This document shows positions 14,104 to 20,000 of a stretch of DNA of 20,000 bases, piece by piece (position 1 is the stretch's first letter; every line of letters begins with the position of its first letter). The DNA comes from an uncultured virus (IMG/VR IMGVR_UViG_3300042558_004670) (lineage: Duplodnaviria; Heunggongvirae; Uroviricota; Caudoviricetes). The notes beneath the pieces are model-generated. The model made no database searches and was not told the origin of the DNA. It saw nothing but the letters and a program-made list of their open reading frames with translations. Where the stretch lies: IMG/VR virus record IMGVR_UViG_3300042558_004670; one strand, given 5' to 3'. A program made the translations under genes and the position numbers.

Positions 14104-15633
14104 ATGGCCAAGTTTACTTCCCAAGACGAGAAGGACACACAAAAGTCCGCAAACAAGAACAAGAACCGCACGAAGAAGTGGGTGGAAGTGACGGACCAGC
14201 CCGAAAAGACAAAGGGTGGGACCTATCTTGGCAGTGCCAGTTTCATTTGGGCAGATGACGCGAGCAAAGAGCGGCACAACATGAACATTGTGTTTCCGAA
14301 CCCTTTCAAGATGCGCATCACAGGCAGCGACCTGATGGTCACACCGAAGGGTGGTGACGCGTTCAAGTACGGGGAAGAAGAGAAGAAGGAAGAGAAGAAG
14401 GAAGAGAAGAAGGAAGAAGAGGACCCAGAAGAAGACAAAGAAGAAGAAGAAGACAAAGAAGAAGGGGAAAAAGAAGTGCCTGACGCGGATGAAGAGCAAC
14501 CAAAGAAGAAAAAGAAGAAGTCCCCAAAGACGGAAGAGGACGCCCCGCCACCTGCCCCCAAGGGTCCGCCTGACCCAGAGGAAGAAGAGATCAACAAAGC
14601 CGAAGCGGAACTCAACAAGCGGAAGGAAGCTCTTCGCCTCCGAAAAGAGATTGAGGCCGAGGAAGCAGACCTTGTTCGCCGACAGGAAGCACTTGCGGAG
14701 AAGAAGCGGAAGCACGCTGTGGTCCGCACAGAGATCTCCACCAAGGTCGAGAAGGACATCAAGGTTGCTGGGCCAGAGAAGGTTGGGGAGAGCCTTGGGA
14801 AGGCAGTCCTTCGGATGTCGAAGAACTCAGCTGTATCGTCAATGCGCATTGCGAACTTCATCTTGAAGTCATTGGTCCCCGCGACCAGAAAGACCGTGTG
14901 GCCATTTATGAAGAAAGCAATGGAAGTGTCCAAGAAGGCAGTTGCACCAACAGCTCAGGCTGCCAAGCGCGCGATTGAGGGGTTGCGAACTCTTCCACCG
15001 CCACCAGCTGCTCTCGCGGCATCCACCGCAAGCACATTCTCAACTCCCGAACGGATGACAGCTCTGGTATTGGCTGCTGCAGCGGACGCAACCACAACGG
15101 AAGATCAGGCCAGCTTCCTGTCAGCAGGGACGCCCACAACAGACTTCGTCCTTCCAATCGCGTCCCTATACGATGACCAAGTTCAAAAGGCGTTGGAAAG
15201 CGTTTTGGGAGACAAGCTCGCAGCCTTCGTTGAGAATGACGGAGTGTTTGCTGTGTACTGTGAGATGGCAGGACATGGGGATGGTATCAACACATTGGAG
15301 CTTGCCAGCCTTCCGCTGAATGAGATCCGGGATTCCCTCCCAAACCTGACGGACGCAACCGCCCTTCTGGACGAATCTATCAACGCGGCTGCGGCGGCCT
15401 ATACCAGTGCGATGTACACGGAACTGGCAGAAGACCTCAACATCGCAGTCGAACAAGGCGCAGCGCGGCCACTGGACCTTCGTGTGGTGGCTGTTCCAAG
15501 TGAGCATTTTGACGGGAATGCTTTTGATGCACTGGCGCTGCTGCGCAGCTCCTTGGTCGGGTCGCCGATCGCGCTTCGAACATGTAGCTCTTGGATCGGC
15601 TTGGAGCGCGCTGGTGTCGTCCATGCGGAGTGA
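14104..15633 (+). CDS. Hypothetical protein with E/K low-complexity region and coiled coil
   Basis: ATG 14104 after AAGAGG. 509 aa with acidic/basic blocks and an acidic helical C-terminus. Confidence 0.75.
   Translation: MAKFTSQDEKDTQKSANKNKNRTKKWVEVTDQPEKTKGGTYLGSASFIWADDASKERHNMNIVFPNPFKMRITGSDLMVTPKGGDAFKYGEEEKKEEKKEEKKEEEDPEEDKEEEEDKEEGEKEVPDADEEQPKKKKKKSPKTEEDAPPPAPKGPPDPEEEEINKAEAELNKRKEALRLRKEIEAEEADLVRRQEALAEKKRKHAVVRTEISTKVEKDIKVAGPEKVGESLGKAVLRMSKNSAVSSMRIANFILKSLVPATRKTVWPFMKKAMEVSKKAVAPTAQAAKRAIEGLRTLPPPPAALAASTASTFSTPERMTALVLAAAADATTTEDQASFLSAGTPTTDFVLPIASLYDDQVQKALESVLGDKLAAFVENDGVFAVYCEMAGHGDGINTLELASLPLNEIRDSLPNLTDATALLDESINAAAAAYTSAMYTELAEDLNIAVEQGAARPLDLRVVAVPSEHFDGNAFDALALLRSSLVGSPIALRTCSSWIGLERAGVVHAE
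14377..14412 (+). repeat. In-frame 12-nt tandem repeat GAAGAGAAGAAG x3 (EEKK)
   Basis: Three exact copies seen directly. Confidence 0.9.
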
Positions 15634-16858
15634 AGACCCAACACGTGTGAAGTGGCGTCGCCGTTCCCTTGGTCTGGATCAAGGCGAGCTGGATGACACG
15701 GTGTGCCCCTCTTGCGAGGGCGACATGGTGCGGACTAAGGTGTCCGGCGCACAAAAACTCGTTTGCTCTGACTGTGGCTACACAATGGAAGCAGTGTCGT
15801 CCGCGTTCGACGCGTGGAAGCATGTTAAAAGTGGGCGGCAAGAGATGCCTCCCCTTTTCGAGGGCCGATCAGCCCTGTGGGAGACACTGGCAAAAAGAGT
15901 TGGCCACTCCTCCGACAATGGTGTTGTACAGCAGTACCCCGTGATTGGGGGTCGCCGACGCTACCACCATCGGCCACTTACCAGTTGGAAGCTTTCAAAT
16001 AGGCGCACGCTGACCCTTACGTCTGATGAGATGGAGGCAAAGGTATGGAACAAGATGAAGGGGAAGAATGTCCTATCATTCCCCACCATCTGGGACGTTT
16101 TCTCCGTGTCACCAAAAGATGCAGAAAAGGTGTGGGCAATCGTGCACGAGCCCATCACGTATCCAATCCCCGCAGATTGGGAGTTCTTTGTTGACTCCTT
16201 GTTCAAGTGGAGAGCAATGCAGCACGGTGGCCTTGCTCCTGTGCGTGAGGACGACATCGTTGACTTCCTACGGTACATCCTTGACCCAGAGGTTGCAGAC
16301 CCAAAGACACTGAAGCGAGCACGTGTTGAACATGTGCTCCCGTGGAAGACGACGAAGTCTCGTCGCAAGGAAACGGACACGACACGGACACAACTACTTC
16401 GGGACCAAACCCTGCAAGAAAAGGTGCAGTGGGCAAAGGCTGCGATCAAGTACCTTGCTCAAGCCGGCGTGAAGTTCAGGGACTTTGACCCATCGAATCT
16501 TGGGGTCACGGACAAAGGAGAGGTCGTCATCGTCAATGTTGCCGAGTCCCGATCACTACCAACGACAACGGGTCGAATGGGGAAGATCAGTGGGTCTGTG
16601 GGCGACCTCCAGCGAACAGCCAGCGCAATAAATGTTCTCCTTGAAGGGGAAGAGACCACAACGATGTCACCCCTGTCCGGGGAGACGCGTTACCTCCTAT
16701 CCTTGGTTCATGAGTATGAGCCTGCACGGGACCTCGTCACATGCGTTGCCTTTGGCGGAAATCCCATCGACCGTCAGGCTGCTGCTGACTATATTAACGA
16801 GTTGGCAAGGCGTTTTGGTGGTAAGGCGAATAAGCTAGCGAAGGCAATAAAGAAGTGA
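15623..16858 (+). CDS. Zinc-ribbon + protein-kinase-like (probable pseudokinase) protein
   Basis: CPSC...CSDC ribbon. FPTIWDVF...WAIVHEPI (subdomains IV-V) and AIKYLAQAGVKFRDFDPSNLGVTDKGEVVIVNVA (VIa-VII). ATG overlaps the upstream gene end. Confidence 0.7.
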   Translation: MRSEDPTRVKWRRRSLGLDQGELDDTVCPSCEGDMVRTKVSGAQKLVCSDCGYTMEAVSSAFDAWKHVKSGRQEMPPLFEGRSALWETLAKRVGHSSDNGVVQQYPVIGGRRRYHHRPLTSWKLSNRRTLTLTSDEMEAKVWNKMKGKNVLSFPTIWDVFSVSPKDAEKVWAIVHEPITYPIPADWEFFVDSLFKWRAMQHGGLAPVREDDIVDFLRYILDPEVADPKTLKRARVEHVLPWKTTKSRRKETDTTRTQLLRDQTLQEKVQWAKAAIKYLAQAGVKFRDFDPSNLGVTDKGEVVIVNVAESRSLPTTTGRMGKISGSVGDLQRTASAINVLLEGEETTTMSPLSGETRYLLSLVHEYEPARDLVTCVAFGGNPIDRQAAADYINELARRFGGKANKLAKAIKK

Positions 16859-16954
16859 CTGGATTTAGAGTCAGGGCACTTCCCTTCACGTAGAACTTGT
16901 GGTACAGGTTCTGGCCTGAAGACCACGCATGCTGTGTGGAGGAGTGAGTACCAA

Positions 16955-17689
16955 ATGGCAAAAGCAGTCGCGCACGAAGAAGAGAAGCCAACAACCTTGA
17001 CGTTCGCACAGGTCAAGGAGCGCATCACGAAGGACCTCCCGGTCTACATCAAGAACAACAGCAAGGAGTTCCATGCGATGAACTTCATCGTGGTGTTGGA
17101 CCACCCAAGTGCGGAAGGTCCCGCTTCGTACAAGGTTCCTCGCTCCCCCTGCCCGTTCCCCATCACAGACGTCATTCCCCCGCAGGACTTGCTGGGGTCG
17201 AAGATGTTCCGTGACTACCTTCAGAAGGGGCTCTTGCTCGCCCTGACAGATGAAGAGTACGAGCGTTTGGCCACCCCCGCTGCGCAGCAAGCGTGGACGC
17301 GGGCCAACGAGGAGGCGAACAACATCTACAGCCACCGCAAGGGTGAGATTGCTGCGGCACGCCGCGTCAATCAAGAAAACGTCGCAGCTGTGAGCAAGCC
17401 TGTGATGGAGAGTTTGGCGGGCATCCCCGGTTTGTCAAACAACGTGGCGTCCACCCTTGGTGGTGCGAACATGCAGGCCAGTGTGCCACGCATCAACCAG
17501 CGCCTGACGACAGTCATCGACCGTCTGGGCAAGGATGAGGCGTACCGCAATGATGCTGCCACCATCTTGAGCGACGTGCAGTTGATGCACGGTGACCTCA
17601 CGCAAGACGAGGCGCAGGCCATTGCTGCAAATCACCTGTTCCCTGCTTCCGTGCGGAAGTGGGCAGCACAGATCGCGCCTACCCTCTGA
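16955..17689 (+). CDS. Hypothetical protein
   Basis: ATG 16955 after GGAGGAG. 244 aa, followed by a terminator. Confidence 0.8.
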   Translation: MAKAVAHEEEKPTTLTFAQVKERITKDLPVYIKNNSKEFHAMNFIVVLDHPSAEGPASYKVPRSPCPFPITDVIPPQDLLGSKMFRDYLQKGLLLALTDEEYERLATPAAQQAWTRANEEANNIYSHRKGEIAAARRVNQENVAAVSKPVMESLAGIPGLSNNVASTLGGANMQASVPRINQRLTTVIDRLGKDEAYRNDAATILSDVQLMHGDLTQDEAQAIAANHLFPASVRKWAAQIAPTL

Positions 17690-17711
17690 GGTAGACCACA
17701 ACAAGAAACAT

Positions 17712-17744
17712 AGAAGGGCTGCACGACGCGGCCCTTCTGCTTTT
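17712..17744 (+). terminator. Rho-independent terminator
   Basis: AGAAGGGCTGC-ACGAC-GCGGCCCTTCT then GCTTTT. Confidence 0.75.
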
Positions 17745-17755
17745 ATAGGCGCGGG

Positions 17756-17795
17756 TCGTCGTCAGTATCTACCCTTGGATAGATACTGACGACGA
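17756..17795. repeat. Perfect 16-bp inverted repeat with 8-nt spacer
   Basis: TCGTCGTCAGTATCTA (17756-17771) / TAGATACTGACGACGA (17780-17795). Confidence 0.9.
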
Positions 17796-17802
17796 GGGGA
17801 CG

Positions 17803-18120
17803 ATGAAGATTGACTTGCCACCGATGCTCCGTGAGGAGTTGGAAACCAGATTGCACTCAGTATCGCGCCGACGCGACCCTTCCTTGGTCAAGGAAGTACG
17901 ACTCGCGCTATCACGGGAGGGTGTGTCAGAGCTTTCTGATGCTGCCGTGGACTTGATTCGGCAGGAGGTGGCAGACGCCGTTAAGCTCATTGAAGCAGAC
18001 AAGCACATGAGCAACGATCCATACCTCAAGTACCACAAAGATGCGCTCAAATATGCATTGAACAATGTACTTATTGCATCTTTGGTGGCCAGCATCGGCG
18101 AACTCATTGGCAAAGCATAA
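17803..18120 (+). CDS. Small helical hypothetical protein
   Basis: GAGGGG RBS, 105 aa, TAATG overlap with next gene. Confidence 0.7.
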   Translation: MKIDLPPMLREELETRLHSVSRRRDPSLVKEVRLALSREGVSELSDAAVDLIRQEVADAVKLIEADKHMSNDPYLKYHKDALKYALNNVLIASLVASIGELIGKA

Positions 18121-18365
18121 TGGCAGCACCGTGGTTCCCATCAGCATATGTCATTCTCTTTGAGAAGGGGCAGACAACGCTCGTCGGGCACTATGGTTGG
18201 GTCATCCCAAGCGCAGGCTCTTGGAAGTTTGGGCTGTTTGACCGGTATGAAAACCGCCCTGTTCAGGCGTACCGAAGTTTCAATGGGAAGACCAAGTCTT
18301 TTGAAAAGGCCAACCTCACTGATGCTGACGTGATTGCGTTCCTTCGGCGTGGCCGGATGCCTTAA
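18120..18365 (+). CDS. Small hypothetical protein
   Basis: Translationally coupled (TAATG), 81 aa, aromatic-rich. Confidence 0.6.
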   Translation: MAAPWFPSAYVILFEKGQTTLVGHYGWVIPSAGSWKFGLFDRYENRPVQAYRSFNGKTKSFEKANLTDADVIAFLRRGRMP

Positions 18366-19300
18366 GGCAGCAAGGCATATCTGTCACTATCCTGCACCAA
18401 ACGAACGTTTACGTCCCATGAAGTCAGCCACCCACCGGGTTGGTTTGGTGTCAAGTCGACGACCTTCCACAACCGATTGGAAGCACACTCTCGAAACAGG
18501 TCTTCAGATGTGACCATGCGCAACGTGTTATCCAGAAACAGACTCTTTGAGGCCTTATCTGCGAAGAAACCGTACTCAGAAACACGATTGGCGGTACTGG
18601 AGCGCGGGGAGTCCGCCCGTACGCGGTCATCACGAAGCGTCTGCACACGCAAGCGGACATGGCTAAAACGGGGCGTAGGGGTCGCCCGCGATACCCGCTC
18701 CAAGGACACACGCAGGTGAAGTCCACCCTGTTGCTGTGCGTCTGGTAGACGCGCTGTCACTGCCTCAGCGCTCAGTGGTGTGAACTCCGACTCAGAGAAC
18801 AACTTGATGCCCGCACGAACCAAACCACCTCGTTTGGCTGAGGCATGGAGACTGACGAGGGAGCACACGTTCAAGCCTCCCTGTGCCTTGACTGTGAAGT
18901 CCACGTACCCACGCAGGGCACTCTTTGCCAACCGGAACATAAGCGGGCGGGAGATGCTGTCGTAGTCAACCACAACGTTAACGCTGCTACTCTCTGCGGT
19001 GACGTCAAAGACGTCCGTGGTGTGTCCATACTTTTGGTACCCCGCAGTATTCCCTGTCCCGTAACAGACATTGCACTGAGACGATGGCATGGTCTCTGGT
19101 CCGCTCCAGCAACTGCAACGGCGACCGACATGTGAACGCTGGTAGAACTGCCAGAACTCAGGTACAACGTTAAGGACCTGCTTGTTTCGTTCAATAATAC
19201 GGGGGATAAGTTCCCGCTCCGCGATCTCACGGTAGTAGTCTCCTCCCAGCTGGGAGTTGTCGAAGCGTGATTGGTCGAATGGTGTGTTCTTGATAGACAT
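18362..19300 (-). CDS. Putative virion neck/head-closure protein with Zn finger
   Basis: GRRCSC...CNVCYGTG..GY motif of the type seen in large-myophage neck proteins. C-terminal beta-rich EDLFRE..NRLWKVVDLT..SWDVNVRLV resembles a head-closure fold. Confidence 0.55.
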   Translation of the reverse strand: MSIKNTPFDQSRFDNSQLGGDYYREIAERELIPRIIERNKQVLNVVPEFWQFYQRSHVGRRCSCWSGPETMPSSQCNVCYGTGNTAGYQKYGHTTDVFDVTAESSSVNVVVDYDSISRPLMFRLAKSALRGYVDFTVKAQGGLNVCSLVSLHASAKRGGLVRAGIKLFSESEFTPLSAEAVTARLPDAQQQGGLHLRVSLERVSRATPTPRFSHVRLRVQTLRDDRVRADSPRSSTANRVSEYGFFADKASKSLFLDNTLRMVTSEDLFRECASNRLWKVVDLTPNQPGGWLTSWDVNVRLVQDSDRYALLP

Positions 19301-19345
19301 GGTGTCACCAGTCGGAGAAAGATTGGTGTTCCAGTATGTGCAGAT

Positions 19346-19355
19346 GCACTCTTCC
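19346..19355 (+). promoter_or_regulatory. Candidate phage promoter variant GCACTCTTCC just before an ATG lacking an SD
   Basis: Motif ends 2 nt before ATG 19358, with no purine-rich RBS. Confidence 0.3.
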
Positions 19356-19357
19356 GC

Positions 19358-20000
19358 ATGGCATTTCCATCGATCAAACCAGAAGGTGGCGGAGTCGCCA
19401 CAGCATCCATCGCACCAAACCTCATGCAGTACACGCGTGGTTCACAGGCGCTGTTCGAGGTTGATTTCTTTGAGGACCCTCCTGCGAACACAACTGCGAT
19501 GGTCCCTACCACAGCAGCAGGGCCAAGTTGGGTGCTCGTTGCACCGAACGGTACTCAGGTCGCTGTTGGGACAGGGGTGCCGGGTTCTGCAACTGGCCGG
19601 TGGCAGACCACCTACAATATGCCCCCGGACGCTCCGCTGACCACCGTCAACGGGAAATGGCGTGTCATCTGGACGATGACCAGTGGAAGTGGTCGTCAGG
19701 TACAGAAGGAAGTCCCGTTTGACGTCGTGGAGTTGCGCACTCCGGACACGCTGGAAGACCTCCGCGCACACAGCTACCTCTGTTACCCCGGCGACAGCGA
19801 GCGTCTTGTGCTGCGACTACCACGGCAGGTGCAGGACACAATGACGGTCCGCATCTTCAAGACCAGTGACTTTGGTAACCCAGCCCCACAGACGGACGTG
19901 TTCTTCGAAGCCTCCTTGACCACCGGGATCACCATGGTGGAGGAGCAGAACCTCTTCACCTATATTGTGGACACGCCAGTGCTTCCCGATGCAGGAGAAT
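19358..20000 (+). CDS. Putative virion protein with Ig-like beta domains (3'-truncated; absent from ORF track)
   Basis: Manually translated open frame MAFPSIKPEGGG...TGRWQTTYNMPPDAPLTTVNGKWRVIWTMT...PFDVVE...DTPVLPDAGE with no stop before the window end. Pattern is Ig-like. Confidence 0.7.
   Translation, partial: MAFPSIKPEGGGVATASIAPNLMQYTRGSQALFEVDFFEDPPANTTAMVPTTAAGPSWVLVAPNGTQVAVGTGVPGSATGRWQTTYNMPPDAPLTTVNGKWRVIWTMTSGSGRQVQKEVPFDVVELRTPDTLEDLRAHSYLCYPGDSERLVLRLPRQVQDTMTVRIFKTSDFGNPAPQTDVFFEASLTTGITMVEEQNLFTYIVDTPVLPDAGE

Noticed and set aside
10516..14933. Long minus-strand ORFs (10516..11559, 12738..13673, 13945..14715, 14223..14933)
   Set aside because: Antisense to well-supported genes; explained by codon bias and low complexity.
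18918..18926. GCACTCTTT as another promoter copy
   Set aside because: Intragenic, antisense and not followed by a gene start; likely chance.
1..20000. Stop-codon reassignment or programmed frameshifts
   Set aside because: Genes are full length in code 11, and TAA, TAG and TGA all end genes at sensible boundaries.

Overview
GC-rich, densely coded segment of a large (jumbo-type) tailed dsDNA bacteriophage, standard genetic code. Replication, recombination and transcription genes are a DnaG-type primase with a mini-intein in its zinc finger, a Cas4-like exonuclease, a sigma70-like factor apparently lacking region 4.2, a gp32-like SSB, a RecA/UvsX and an HU-like protein. They are interleaved, with frequent strand switches, with isolated virion genes (contractile tail tube, putative neck/head-closure proteins) and accessory genes (calcineurin-like and DHH phosphoesterases, a clear Tad1-family anti-defence sponge, a Zn-ribbon pseudokinase, a CxxC-less thioredoxin fold). 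Non-coding signals include several intrinsic terminators, tandem GCC-GNRA-GGC mini-hairpins shared by the HU and SSB leaders, a candidate short phage promoter (GCACTCTYC), a perfect 16-bp inverted repeat and a degenerate tRNA-like element. All family calls come from motif recognition by eye; no searches were run.
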